From an uncultured archaeon (GTDB taxonomy: Archaea; Asgardarchaeota; Lokiarchaeia; Sigyniarchaeales; SOKP01), in contig CAZALK010000020.1 of assembly GCA_964486045.1 (NCBI GenBank), forward strand, positions 23,510 to 87,509: a stretch of 64,000 bases of DNA, in the 5' to 3' direction. The position numbers and the translations under genes were made by a program. Under the pieces are notes generated by a model, which was not told where the DNA came from, did no database searches, and worked only from the letters and a program-made list of their open reading frames with translations. Below are positions 21,745-32,257 of this stretch, piece after piece (positions within the stretch are counted from its first letter, which is position 1; each line of letters opens with the position of its first letter).

Positions 21745-22383
21745 TTATTCCCTTTTAACGATGTCTAATTGTTCTAATTTTTTAAGTGCATCAGCAATCT
21801 CATTTCTTTTCGAGCTTAACATTCTCGAAATTTTCAGAGCTGAATTTTTTCCAGTGCATAATAAAGCAATTTGAAAATCATAATCGGTTATTAAACCCAT
21901 TGTCAAGACTTTTTCTAATACACTTTTTGCGACCAGCAATTCAGGAAATCCTTCTGCGATTTTTCCTCCCCTTGTTAGATTTTCAACATCAGCATTTAAT
22001 GTTTGAAATCGACCCTTTTCCGTTGTAGCTCTAAAGACTTTAAGATCTGACTGATGCTTTTTCCAAAATCTTTTTGCAATTTTATGAATTACATCCTTTA
22101 TTTTTTCTGTATCATCATCTGCGTCAGAAATCGAACAAAATAAGACTCTAGATAAAGGATGATAATAAATTAGAACAGTTGAATCTTCAGATTCTATAAC
22201 TCTATTCATCTCATTCACTCGTCTTCCCTTTACCATTGATTCTTGAATGATATCGATTGTTTTACTAATCACATTAAAAAATCCAGTTAAAATATCATCT
22301 TGGATTTTTTTTAATTCTTTAAAGGTTGATTCAAAAAGTGAAATTCCATTATCTCCATCGATTAAATAAACTTTATATATCAA
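21745..22383 (-). CDS. Longin-like domain + C-terminal winged-helix protein
   Basis: MIYKVYLID...GISLFE..F.....DDILTGFF..I; C-terminal LCTGKNSALKISRML.....IADALKKLEQLDIV. Confidence 0.65.
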   Translation of the reverse strand: MIYKVYLIDGDNGISLFESTFKELKKIQDDILTGFFNVISKTIDIIQESMVKGRRVNEMNRVIESEDSTVLIYYHPLSRVLFCSISDADDDTEKIKDVIHKIAKRFWKKHQSDLKVFRATTEKGRFQTLNADVENLTRGGKIAEGFPELLVAKSVLEKVLTMGLITDYDFQIALLCTGKNSALKISRMLSSKRNEIADALKKLEQLDIVKRE

Positions 22384-22534
22384 ATTTTCAACAAATTTGC
22401 ACTATATTCTTCTTATAAAAGTAATAAAATCTCATCCTTTTGAATTTTTATTAAATCAAGTTTCTAAATAATTAAAATTAAAAGCTGAAAATTTATACAT
22501 TTTATAAAAACTATTTAAATTCACGATTTCAAGA

Positions 22535-23782
22535 ATGAAAACAAAGAAAGTATTTCTTTTTATGTTCTTATTTTTTTTTCCGGTATCAATTTCAGCTTAT
22601 CCGAACTTACCGACACCATCAACAATGTTGGATAATTTTCCATTCACATCTTCCCCTGATTATGGTGTTTCTAATTATAATATTACCCAAAGTGTAAAAT
22701 ATAATATAGAAATCAACTTTACTTTAACTCACAAATCAGGTCCTGGTTCCTATTATTTTAAATTTGCACGATTAAATAACAGAATGCCAAACTCAACAAA
22801 GTCTCAATATACTCCCCCTTATCAAGAGAGTAATCTTTTATATAATAATATAACAGGATACTCAGTGCTTAATATGGACCATAATGACCAATTTAATAAC
22901 ACTTATGACTCTTTTAACGCAACATTACTACCCGAAGAAACAGTTACATTAAGTCAACACTATATCACTGAAGTAAATGCTATCAATTTTCTGGAAGTTG
23001 ATATGGCAGATATTGAGGTCTATAATACGTCAGATGAAATATTCTCTTTATATTCTAACAATACAGAACTATATTATGAGCGAAACAATTCCGTTTTAGT
23101 TGATTTGTCTAATAACCTTGTAGATCCAGCTGATAATCCGATAGAAAAAGCGCAGAAGATTTTTAACTGGGTTATAAGCAACCTTGAATATAATGGAGAG
23201 TTACCTGCTCAAGAAAAGGGAGCCCTTTGGGCTTATAATAATCTAAAGGGAGATTGTAGTGAATATTCGAGTTTGATGATTACATTATTACGTATTCAAG
23301 GTATACCAGCTCGCAAAATAACCGGATTCTTAGTATCTAATAACCTCGCTTTGAGACCTCAAGCAGGTAATTCTTGGAACTTCTATGTCTCAGATTCAGG
23401 CGATAACATGTTAGGACATGCTTGGATTGAATATTATGTTCCTAATATTGGCTGGATTGCAAGTGATCCTACTTGGAAAACAGGTTATTTTAATAATATT
23501 GATTATCTTCGGTTCCATCTCAATGTAGGAGCGAACATCTTTTTTCCTCCTGATAGTACTGTGAGTGAGTTTGCTAATCCCATTTTTGCTTATTCTGGAG
23601 GAGCAACCTTTACATTTAGTTATGACATTGATATAACCGTTATAGAGTCGAACCTGTTACCGTTGGAGCAATTCCCATTATTGTTTGCTATATTTATTGG
23701 GGTAGGGGCTGCCGCTGTGCTATTTACACTGATTATTATAATAAAAAGAAGTCGCAAGAAAGATTTTTTTGAATATGAATAA
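22535..23782 (+). CDS. Secreted, C-terminally anchored transglutaminase-like protein
   Basis: Signal peptide; catalytic triad GDCSEYS / GHAWIE / SDPTW; C-terminal TM followed by KRSRKK. Confidence 0.9.
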   Translation: MKTKKVFLFMFLFFFPVSISAYPNLPTPSTMLDNFPFTSSPDYGVSNYNITQSVKYNIEINFTLTHKSGPGSYYFKFARLNNRMPNSTKSQYTPPYQESNLLYNNITGYSVLNMDHNDQFNNTYDSFNATLLPEETVTLSQHYITEVNAINFLEVDMADIEVYNTSDEIFSLYSNNTELYYERNNSVLVDLSNNLVDPADNPIEKAQKIFNWVISNLEYNGELPAQEKGALWAYNNLKGDCSEYSSLMITLLRIQGIPARKITGFLVSNNLALRPQAGNSWNFYVSDSGDNMLGHAWIEYYVPNIGWIASDPTWKTGYFNNIDYLRFHLNVGANIFFPPDSTVSEFANPIFAYSGGATFTFSYDIDITVIESNLLPLEQFPLLFAIFIGVGAAAVLFTLIIIIKRSRKKDFFEYE

Positions 23783-23814
23783 ATAATTCCAAGATTTAGT
23801 TTTCTTTTTTTTTT

Positions 23815-25281
23815 CTAAATATAAGTATGGATTAACTCCAGCAGATTTTTTGAGAAATCTGGTAAGTTTTTCTCTATTTTTTTAATTTCAAGAGATTTTT
23901 CAATAAACATTAGTAAATATAAGTTATATTTTTCAACTTGGATTTTTTTAAAAACAACTTTCTTAGAGTCGTCAGCAATTCCGGTGGATACTAAAAAATC
24001 TTGTTTCAATACTTTGAATTCCTTAAAGGTTTTATACAAGGTTTGAAAGTGAGGTGCTGAGATTTCAAAAACCCTGTCAGATATCTCAGATTTTGAAAAA
24101 TTGGATAATATTATTCCATTTTCGTTAAGTAATAAAATTGCGTCTGAATTCGTTTTTCTTGCGAATTGCTTCAATTGATTTCTGAATAATTCTCGATTAG
24201 GACTTAACTGAGAAAGTCCATATGAATAAGCAGTAATAAGACTCCAATGGTCGAAAATACTAGTTTGGAATATTTTAGTTAAAAATCGATCAGATCTCTT
24301 TTCTACCTCATCAGCAATAATTTCTAAATTTTTAAATATTTCTTTTGAACCCTTCAGATCAGGATCGAATTTATTTAAACACACAACTATGGGCGGAAAT
24401 TCATCTAATTCGACTAATATTTTCGAAATTCTTTGGAAAAGATTTAATGCTTCTTCAATTCTCTCTACATCTTGTATATCAATAAAGAAGAAAATTAGAT
24501 CAACATTATATAAATAGACTTGACTTTGCTCAAGAAATCTTTCTAAATATTTTTTTTGGCCACCTATATCCCATAGAGAGATTAACGAGTTCTGTTCTTC
24601 AAATATATTCTCTTCTGTTCTTTCAACACCTTTAGTAGGTAATGATTTGATAATTTCTGAATATTTCTTTCTGATTCCATAAAGAAAACTTGATTTACCA
24701 GCCTTATCTAATCCTGTCAATAATATTTTAATTTGTCTTTTTGGAGAAAAAGGATCTTTTAATTCTTTTGTAAACTCGAATAGTTCTTCTCTAATATCAT
24801 CCATTATTCGTTTCTGGTCATTAAATTCTTTTACATTCTGAATTTGTGTAGCTGTTTTATCGATTATAATCCTTAAATATTTCATATTTTCATAAAAAAA
24901 AACCTTATCTTCTTCGTCAATTAATACAGTTATTGTCGCAGCTAGTGCTTGACCGCGTGCTTTTTCATCAGGGATAAGAAAAAAATAAGTTAAGCCATTC
25001 AATTTTAAATCAGGAAAAGGAAGAATTCCAAAGTAGTTAACTCCTATGTCTGATCCCTGAGAATTTTGATAAACTGAATCACCCATAAGCAAACTAATAG
25101 TTTTCATAGCTATTAGAAGTCCTGATTTCTCTTCTAGGTTAGAAGGCCATATTATTCTAGGTGTTGGGCCTTTTTCATCAAAAATACTTAAAACAACCGC
25201 TTTTATTAGATTGGATTTTTTGTCACCTGTATCGTTTCCTTTCATCTTCTTCTTATTCGAATTTGAGTCGGTTTTTGCCAA
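23815..25281 (-). CDS. uDENN/longin-like domain + Arf/Rag-like small GTPase + roadblock-like domain
   Basis: SIFDEKGPTP N-domain; G1 GLDKAGKSS, G2 PTKG, G3 WDIGGQ, G4 NKFD, G5 TSI; C-terminal AILLLNENGIILS. Confidence 0.85.
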   Translation of the reverse strand: MAKTDSNSNKKKMKGNDTGDKKSNLIKAVVLSIFDEKGPTPRIIWPSNLEEKSGLLIAMKTISLLMGDSVYQNSQGSDIGVNYFGILPFPDLKLNGLTYFFLIPDEKARGQALAATITVLIDEEDKVFFYENMKYLRIIIDKTATQIQNVKEFNDQKRIMDDIREELFEFTKELKDPFSPKRQIKILLTGLDKAGKSSFLYGIRKKYSEIIKSLPTKGVERTEENIFEEQNSLISLWDIGGQKKYLERFLEQSQVYLYNVDLIFFFIDIQDVERIEEALNLFQRISKILVELDEFPPIVVCLNKFDPDLKGSKEIFKNLEIIADEVEKRSDRFLTKIFQTSIFDHWSLITAYSYGLSQLSPNRELFRNQLKQFARKTNSDAILLLNENGIILSNFSKSEISDRVFEISAPHFQTLYKTFKEFKVLKQDFLVSTGIADDSKKVVFKKIQVEKYNLYLLMFIEKSLEIKKIEKNLPDFSKNLLELIHTYI

Positions 25282-25444
25282 TGTATTCCCTTATCTCTTG
25301 CATTAAAATAAGTGATGTTAGATTTTTATTATTATCTCTAACTTATAGTTTAATAAAATCTTGAAATCACATTAATAGATCCAAAATAACAATTATTATT
25401 AAATCATTACTTTTCTCTCTGAAAAACTGATAATTAAAAAAAAA

Positions 25445-27253
25445 TTATGAAAAAAATCCCAATCTTACTAGTTTAGACGGTAAAAAGATTCTATTTACAA
25501 AATCCTCTAGAGTTAGATTACTTTTTGTAAGTTCAGTTAAAGATATATATTCAATTGCACCATTTTGGATAAACTGGTGGTAAACCTCTTGATTTTTAAC
25601 TTTTTGTATTACATTAATTTCAGAATCTTCCCGAAAATGAGCAGTATTTGTATAATATGACATTTTTCCTTTGAATTGGGGAATCGCTACTCCTGGAAAA
25701 TGTTTTAGATCTAATTTTGCAAATCTGGAGGGTGATTTTTCAGAGGTATTTTCACTTAATACATGGCGAATATTACTATTCTTAGATAGCTCTTTACAGA
25801 CTTGATTCATCTCAATTAGGATTTTTTTGCCAAAAGTGAATACATCTGAACCTTCGTGCAGCTCGTAATCTGTTAAGAATTTAATAGCTTCGTTTAAACC
25901 AATAAAACTTATTGATAAGTATTGATTTTCTAAATTATAGAGATTCTGATTCTTAATATTAGTATTAAATAACGGCAAGTGATTTGACTGTAACCTTCTT
26001 CTTATGATATCATATTTTTTTAGTAAAATCCTAGAAGATAAATTCATTTTAGCTTTGAGTATCTCTAAGAAATCATCTTCATCCTTACTCAGATAAGCAA
26101 AGCGAGGAAGGTTCAAACAAACCTCTTGAAGCATCCCTTGGTTATCATAACTAGGATAAGAAATTTTTTTACCTTTTTCATCATTGAAAAGGTGAGCATT
26201 TGAATTTAATAAAATTGGAGTTCTCATTGTTAATGTTTCATCCCAGACTTTATGATAAGCATCACCATACTTATTTAACAGTGTTTCATTAATATAAATT
26301 TCATGTTTGGGAGTATTAAATGGATTTTTATTATCATCACCTCCTTTAAAATTATAGGTAAAGGAGTTAAATATCTTCAGACAATCCTCATAATAATCTT
26401 CATAACATCCCTCGATTTTTCCAAAGGGTCCAACTGCAGGGTATTTTAATAAATATTTAACAATAGTAGGGTGAGTCATAATAGTGGTTGGAGGAATTGT
26501 CCGACCGGTTATTACTGAAAAATAATTCATTTCATAAATGAAATTCCTTATTATATGATTTAAATCTTGTTCATTAGATTCTTTAACATATGGTGCTAAG
26601 TAGATATTAATATTATTATATCCTTGACTTCCACAAATTTCATTTTGAGTTAATAATAACCATTTAATTAAATGATCGCAGGCTTCCCTTAAGTTTTTTG
26701 CTGGTTTAAGTTTGCAACAAGGAAGATTTTTATTTAGAGGTGGTAAGCCATTTTCTAAAACGATACTGGGATCCCAAATTTGAGTCAGTGGTTTTAAATC
26801 AAAATATCGCAACTTATGAATATGGATGTCTCCGTATAAATGAGCCTTGGATTCTTCATTGGTGAGAATTCTTAAATGAGCATATTCTTCAGAGATTCGA
26901 TTTGAAGCCCAATTATGTATTTTCTCGGGGTTTATCACAATTTTTGGGTAATCAACCAAACCCTTTTCGAGAATTTCTTCATAATCCATTAATGGCATTC
27001 CAATTCTAGTGTATAATTTACGTTCATTTTCAAAATGTTGTTCAGAAAGTATTGAGCATACAATTTCTCTTATATGCGGTCCAGAAAGAAATTTGATGCC
27101 AGAACTAATGATCCTTCTTACTACAAGTTCAGTAATCCTCTTAGCTTTGTCTTCACTCAAGTTAGTCTCTTTAACAATGCTTTCAAAAATTATCGGGGAG
27201 TTAAAATCTGTTAAATCCCCTTCAGTTCTGAAAACTTTTGGTAATAAATCCAT
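25445..27253 (-). CDS. Degenerate class III ribonucleotide reductase (NrdD)-like protein with ATP-cone
   Basis: ATP-cone (FLSGPHIREIVCSIL, RKLYTRIGMP), AHLYGDIHIH, KPAKN, LNLPR, IGLNE, RFAKLD, YYTN; no finger-loop Cys, Zn ribbon or RxxGY. Confidence 0.8.
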   Translation of the reverse strand: MDLLPKVFRTEGDLTDFNSPIIFESIVKETNLSEDKAKRITELVVRRIISSGIKFLSGPHIREIVCSILSEQHFENERKLYTRIGMPLMDYEEILEKGLVDYPKIVINPEKIHNWASNRISEEYAHLRILTNEESKAHLYGDIHIHKLRYFDLKPLTQIWDPSIVLENGLPPLNKNLPCCKLKPAKNLREACDHLIKWLLLTQNEICGSQGYNNINIYLAPYVKESNEQDLNHIIRNFIYEMNYFSVITGRTIPPTTIMTHPTIVKYLLKYPAVGPFGKIEGCYEDYYEDCLKIFNSFTYNFKGGDDNKNPFNTPKHEIYINETLLNKYGDAYHKVWDETLTMRTPILLNSNAHLFNDEKGKKISYPSYDNQGMLQEVCLNLPRFAYLSKDEDDFLEILKAKMNLSSRILLKKYDIIRRRLQSNHLPLFNTNIKNQNLYNLENQYLSISFIGLNEAIKFLTDYELHEGSDVFTFGKKILIEMNQVCKELSKNSNIRHVLSENTSEKSPSRFAKLDLKHFPGVAIPQFKGKMSYYTNTAHFREDSEINVIQKVKNQEVYHQFIQNGAIEYISLTELTKSNLTLEDFVNRIFLPSKLVRLGFFS

Positions 27254-27445
27254 GATGAGGTTATTATCGATTTTTTTTAGTTTTAATATTTACCTTTGAA
27301 TTATTATATTCAAAAACCTTAAAAAAAAAAATTATTAATGGATTACATTAGATGTTAATTTTACTTTTTACATGATTGTACTCAATCTTTAAATAGATCC
27401 ATAAGGAGCATTTAGTTTGAGTACTAAAGCTTTTTATAGAATTTC

Positions 27446-28273
27446 TTGACTCTCTTTATGTTATTTTATAGGGAGAACGTAAATTATTATATGTCAAAAT
27501 TATACTCATATTCCTCTTTACAACGATTTTTTAGCAGTATTTATTATATCTTGCAGGAGATTGATACAAAAATTGTTGAAGTCTGGTGTGAAATTCCAAG
27601 GATTACATTTTTTAAGAATCTTAGTAATTCTAAGCTTAGAGATTTCTTAGGGAAGTTTGAATTTATCTCCATTAAGAAGGGGAACTATATTTACTATGTT
27701 GTAATTAATAAAATATTATTTATCATCGATTGCATCAAATATTTACAATTTGACATTAAAAATCTTTCTGAAATTTTAGACTATAGTGGATTTGAGACAT
27801 TAATAAAAGAGATTTTATCTAAAAACAGTTATCGGTCAATTACAAACTTCCGATTTTCAGATAAAAATAAGGTAGGATCAGAAAATTCACAGAAAAGGTA
27901 TGAAATTGATGTTATAGGAATTTATTATAATTTTATTTTAATTATAGATGCAAAACAATGGAAACATAGAGATACGTTTGGTTCATTAAATAAAGCAGCA
28001 ACAAAGCAATATCATAGATTATTAGCCCTAAAAAGAAATCCAGGAGTCTTCGCAAAACTTATCTCTGAAATACTAGGTGAAAAACCCAATAAAAAAAAAC
28101 ACTTTCCATTAATATTAATTCCCGTTATTGTAACACAAGAAAATAATTATATTAAATTAAATGATGATCAGGTACCACTTGTTTCGATTTATGAGTTAAA
28201 TGCTTTTTTAGATGAATTACCAAACAACTTACACTATTTTAAAACCGTTCAAGTAGATAGAGTTTTTTTATAG
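27446..28273 (+). CDS. PD-(D/E)XK nuclease (NERD/Mrr-like)
   Basis: FETLIKEIL...Y, RYEIDVIG......IIDAKQW; the true start may be the ATG at 27491. Confidence 0.8.
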   Translation: MTLFMLFYRENVNYYMSKLYSYSSLQRFFSSIYYILQEIDTKIVEVWCEIPRITFFKNLSNSKLRDFLGKFEFISIKKGNYIYYVVINKILFIIDCIKYLQFDIKNLSEILDYSGFETLIKEILSKNSYRSITNFRFSDKNKVGSENSQKRYEIDVIGIYYNFILIIDAKQWKHRDTFGSLNKAATKQYHRLLALKRNPGVFAKLISEILGEKPNKKKHFPLILIPVIVTQENNYIKLNDDQVPLVSIYELNAFLDELPNNLHYFKTVQVDRVFL

Positions 28274-28343
28274 AAAAAATATTAATTTTCACCTATTTGT
28301 GAAAAATAATTAATCAATTAAAAAGATGCATCAACCCAAGATG

Positions 28344-29429
28344 TTATTTTTTTAATCCTAAATAATGTTTTACTTGTTTTTTTATAAGATTCATAGCAAT
28401 AGAAATAATACCACTCTTAACTTGAGGATGTGAAAACAGTATTAAAATCATATCTTTAAGACTCGAAGTTTCTAGATCAAGAAATGCCATATCTAAAACT
28501 CCCTCAGTACCTCTCACTGATATCGATCTTAAAGCTCCAGCACTTAAACCATCGATGATATCCGCACTTATCATTGAAAGATTTATCCCTATTGTACCAA
28601 ATAAGGATTCCGATATTCTACTTGAAATAGCTGACGCTAACATTGTCCCATCTGTTTTTATGATTGCTGATGCCTCAATTTTTGAATCTAAAGTTATCAA
28701 TTCTTTTAATATCTCATTCATCGAAGCTGGTGGTAATTTATTTTTTGGTTCTTTCTGAGAAGTTGATTTAGGTTCTTTTAGTTTTATTTTATTTACGATA
28801 ATTTTCTTTGATAGAAAACCAAGAACCTCCGACATGTCTTTCTCTAGTTTCTTCTGTTTTATAATAGCAAGATCTGAGTCTACAGTTTTAAGGGGGAGCG
28901 GAGTTGTAGATGGTTTAGGTTTCTTAATTTCAACTTCGAGAACAGATTTTTTAAGTTCTTTTAGTGCATCTGAGATAACTCCATTAGATTTAGGGATGAG
29001 AGAAATGAATTCTTTTTTGTCTGAGAGAATAGTACCTTTAAATGGTTTCGGGGTTATTTCTTGTAATATTGGGGGGGTTTTTTCTTCTAAATTGTGTTTC
29101 GTTTCTAGAGGTATTTCTGTAAGGGAATCCGATTCAATTTCTTCATTATCTTCTATTGGAATATCACCAAGCTTTGAAAAATCACTTAGTTTCTCTTCTT
29201 CTATCGGTATCTCATGTAATTCTAATTCTTCTGGTTCTAGATCTTCCGGTACTTTAGGTTCTTCTATTATTTGAGTAATAGGAACTTTTTTTGCTTTTTC
29301 TTCTTTAACGGTTTTAGGTTTTTTAGGTCTAGAGGTTCTAGTAGAAATTGGTAGTAATGCCCCACATGTTCTACAGATACGAGTTTTTTTCTCATTATTT
29401 GTTGTCCCACAGTTATTACAAATTATTAT
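28344..29429 (-). CDS. Zn-ribbon + acidic/Pro-rich linker + roadblock/LC7 domain protein (361 aa, non-ATG start)
   Basis: The frame of ORF 28344-28835 stays open upstream to the TAA at 29433-29435. It reads IIICNNCGTTN...RICRTCGALLP, with ATA at 29429 8 nt after GGAG. Roadblock motif IEASAIIKTDGTMLASA...L..ISVRGTEG. Confidence 0.8.
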   Translation of the reverse strand: MIICNNCGTTNNEKKTRICRTCGALLPISTRTSRPKKPKTVKEEKAKKVPITQIIEEPKVPEDLEPEELELHEIPIEEEKLSDFSKLGDIPIEDNEEIESDSLTEIPLETKHNLEEKTPPILQEITPKPFKGTILSDKKEFISLIPKSNGVISDALKELKKSVLEVEIKKPKPSTTPLPLKTVDSDLAIIKQKKLEKDMSEVLGFLSKKIIVNKIKLKEPKSTSQKEPKNKLPPASMNEILKELITLDSKIEASAIIKTDGTMLASAISSRISESLFGTIGINLSMISADIIDGLSAGALRSISVRGTEGVLDMAFLDLETSSLKDMILILFSHPQVKSGIISIAMNLIKKQVKHYLGLKK

Positions 29430-29665
29430 TGATTATTCTCCCCCAGTATGATTTTAGCACTAATACTACAGTAAATTTTAGAAATTTTTAGTTATTAGTT
29501 TTATAGTGTTTAATTTATAAATAGAAATTTGATATTATTAATATTAGCAACTTGAATTTGCCAATTTAATTTGTACTTTTAATGAATATTTTTAAAATTC
29601 CTAATTCTAATTACAGTCATTAAAGTTGAATAAAAAATAGTCATAAATTATTTTAGAAACTGCTA

Positions 29666-30640
29666 TTATTTATAGAGGATCTCTTTCAATATTTTTGCGA
29701 AAGCTTCAAAGTCTTCTTTGTTAAAAACAGGATTATCTTTTAATAGAAGTAAGTAATAGGGTGTGGACTCTTTTCGTAACGAAATCTGTTTAAACATGAA
29801 ATTTTTCCCATATCTTTGTACAATCATTCTTTCCTCGTACTTTTTCTCCAAAACGCTTGTGGATTGAAAGGAATCATGAAGAGTGAGAAAATATGGGGTT
29901 GAAGCGGTGAGTAGGTGCCGAGTCTCATCATCCTTATAATAAGATCCAATTATTAGTGAATTGTCGTCAATTACTACTACCCCACCGGAATCTACCTTTT
30001 TAGCAAATTCTACAATTGTTTTTTCAATTAATTCAGATTTTGGATAGAGACTTAAAAGGATTTCAGACATGGCTGCTATTATTGATGAGAATTCATAAAT
30101 GGAGGTTTCATAGAAATAAATTTCCTTATAATCTGTAGCGTTTCTTATTAGTTCCTTTAAATCTATTATAAGATTTTCCATTTCATTTAAGGCACCCCTC
30201 TTTAAAGCAGGATCATATTTATGAAGGAAAACATAGATTGGTGGTTCAATTTCCAATTTGTTAAACTGCTCAATAACATCTTTAAAATAACTTATTGCTT
30301 CAGGTATTCGCGGTTTATTCTGGATATCAATAACATAGATGGCAATTTCAGTTCCATCAAAGTATTTATTTGGCTTTTTTAAATAGGAGATCCTATAGCT
30401 AACCTGCCCGCCTAAATCCCATTCACTTATCTCTTTTCCTAGAAAATCGAATATTCTCCTTTGCGCTCCTCTCGTAGGAGATAATACAGCAATTTTTGAG
30501 AATTCTCTTTGGAGAGATAAAATTATGCTTGTCTTGCCTGCATCATCTAGCCCCGTAAATAAAATCTTTGAAGATTCGGGTTCAGCTTCTAGATCATCTT
30601 TTTTTAAATACAAGATTGATTGTTTAAGATTTTTCTCCAT
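29666..30640 (-). CDS. Arf/Rag-like small GTPase with C-terminal roadblock-like domain
   Basis: GLDDAGKTS, PTRG, WDLGGQ, HKYD, ETSI; C-terminal GVVVIDDNSLIIGSY; AGGTGA RBS. Confidence 0.88.
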   Translation of the reverse strand: MEKNLKQSILYLKKDDLEAEPESSKILFTGLDDAGKTSIILSLQREFSKIAVLSPTRGAQRRIFDFLGKEISEWDLGGQVSYRISYLKKPNKYFDGTEIAIYVIDIQNKPRIPEAISYFKDVIEQFNKLEIEPPIYVFLHKYDPALKRGALNEMENLIIDLKELIRNATDYKEIYFYETSIYEFSSIIAAMSEILLSLYPKSELIEKTIVEFAKKVDSGGVVVIDDNSLIIGSYYKDDETRHLLTASTPYFLTLHDSFQSTSVLEKKYEERMIVQRYGKNFMFKQISLRKESTPYYLLLLKDNPVFNKEDFEAFAKILKEILYK

Positions 30641-30734
30641 AATTCAATTTCACCTATAATCTTATAATTAGAAATTTACAAATATATTCTTTATCAAAAT
30701 ACAAAATTATATTATTGTTTATTTAGATTACGGA

Positions 30735-32090
30735 TTAAAATTTGTTTTGGAAAAATAATTTGAAATCCTGATAATTTCTAATTTCTACCGGACTTGGGAT
30801 CTCTTTGTTATTTTGGATAATATTCAACGAATTTGGTATTTTTGGTGTGATTTTAATTAATGAGATAATCTCGTTAGGGAACTTTGCAGGATCTGCCGTT
30901 TCGAAAATTATACCCTTGCATTTTGCATCTAAAGTATAATTATTTCTGTAAATATCTAAAGATGCCCATCCAACAGCCCCATGAGGTTCGATGATCCTGT
31001 GATATCTTTTGTAAAAATTTATAATTGTCTGTTTTGTTAACTTATCATTTATTGAATATGACACGATTTCACGTCTAATTTTGCCTAAATTTGGATATTT
31101 TTGCATTACACCAGTCTCATCAATCTGACCGTTATACAAATCTATAATTCGTGCAAAGTTCGAAGGGTGGCCAACGTTCATAGCATTACTAATACAATTT
31201 TTTGAAGGTTCTACTTTTTCATATATACCTGTTTCTAAAAATCTTGGAAATTCGTTGTTCTCATTTACTGCTGAGATAAATTTTCGTACAGGTAAACCCA
31301 TTTTATATGCTATTAATCCACCCATAAGATTTCCAAAGTTCCCAGAAGGCACTGAAAAAATAACTTTCTCATCAGTTTCTTCAATAACACGGGAATAACT
31401 ATAGAAATAATAAATAGCTTGAGGGATTAATCTCCCAATATTTATTGAATTCGCTGAAGAGAGCCCAGAGTCTTTTAAATCAGGATCAGCAAAAGCAGAT
31501 TTGACTATACTTTGACAATCATCAAATTTCCCATTAATCCCAATTGCTGTTATGTTCTTTCCAAGTGTGCTCATTTGTTTTCTTTGTAAATCACTTATTT
31601 CATTTCTAGGGAATAAGACGATAACTTTTATTCTTTTAACATCAAAAAATGCTTGAGCTACAGCTCCACCAGTGTCTCCTGATGTTGCAGTAAGAATCAC
31701 ACTTTTCTTATCTTCAATTTCAAGAAAATATTCCATAATTTTTGCGAGTGTTCGAGCCCCAAAATCTTTAAAACTCGCGGTTGGACCTTGGTCTAGATAA
31801 CAGACATAATCATTTTCGCGAATTTTTTCAATGGGCACTAAAAAATTAAGAGCATCTTTTAAAATTTTCTTGAGGTCATTATTAGGTATACAGCCACCTA
31901 TAATTTCAGAAATAACCTCAAATCCAACATCATTTATCTTCAAATTTTTAAAGTTATTGATAATTTCCATAGATAATTTAGGAATTTTATTCAGCATATA
32001 TAATCCTTTATCTAACGCTTGCCCTCTTAGTACCGCTGTTTTAAAATCAACATCCGGGGTTCTATAATTTGTGGAATGATATTTTATCAT
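30735..32090 (-). CDS. thrC: Threonine synthase
   Basis: GPTASFKDFG, ATSGDTGGAVA, FDDCQ, SANSINIGRL, VPSGNFGN, SNAMNVGHPSNF, TADPAKF. Confidence 0.95.
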   Translation of the reverse strand: MIKYHSTNYRTPDVDFKTAVLRGQALDKGLYMLNKIPKLSMEIINNFKNLKINDVGFEVISEIIGGCIPNNDLKKILKDALNFLVPIEKIRENDYVCYLDQGPTASFKDFGARTLAKIMEYFLEIEDKKSVILTATSGDTGGAVAQAFFDVKRIKVIVLFPRNEISDLQRKQMSTLGKNITAIGINGKFDDCQSIVKSAFADPDLKDSGLSSANSINIGRLIPQAIYYFYSYSRVIEETDEKVIFSVPSGNFGNLMGGLIAYKMGLPVRKFISAVNENNEFPRFLETGIYEKVEPSKNCISNAMNVGHPSNFARIIDLYNGQIDETGVMQKYPNLGKIRREIVSYSINDKLTKQTIINFYKRYHRIIEPHGAVGWASLDIYRNNYTLDAKCKGIIFETADPAKFPNEIISLIKITPKIPNSLNIIQNNKEIPSPVEIRNYQDFKLFFQNKF

Positions 32091-32257
32091 AGATTTTTCA
32101 AAACAATTTCAATCGTTATAATAAAATCAATCAACGCTCAAAAATTAAATACTTATGACTTATCTTTAAAATTTTTTGAAGACAATTTTAATTCCTTAAA
32201 ATAGTTTAATACATAATAATGATTCATATCTCTGAAAACCATTGAGGTGACAATAAT

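Noticed and set aside
27446-28273. Restriction-modification or defence island
   Set aside because: Solitary PD-(D/E)XK nuclease with no DNA methyltransferase or other defence genes nearby.
28834-29274. 146-aa plus-strand ORF
   Set aside because: Antisense shadow of the extended Zn-ribbon-roadblock gene.
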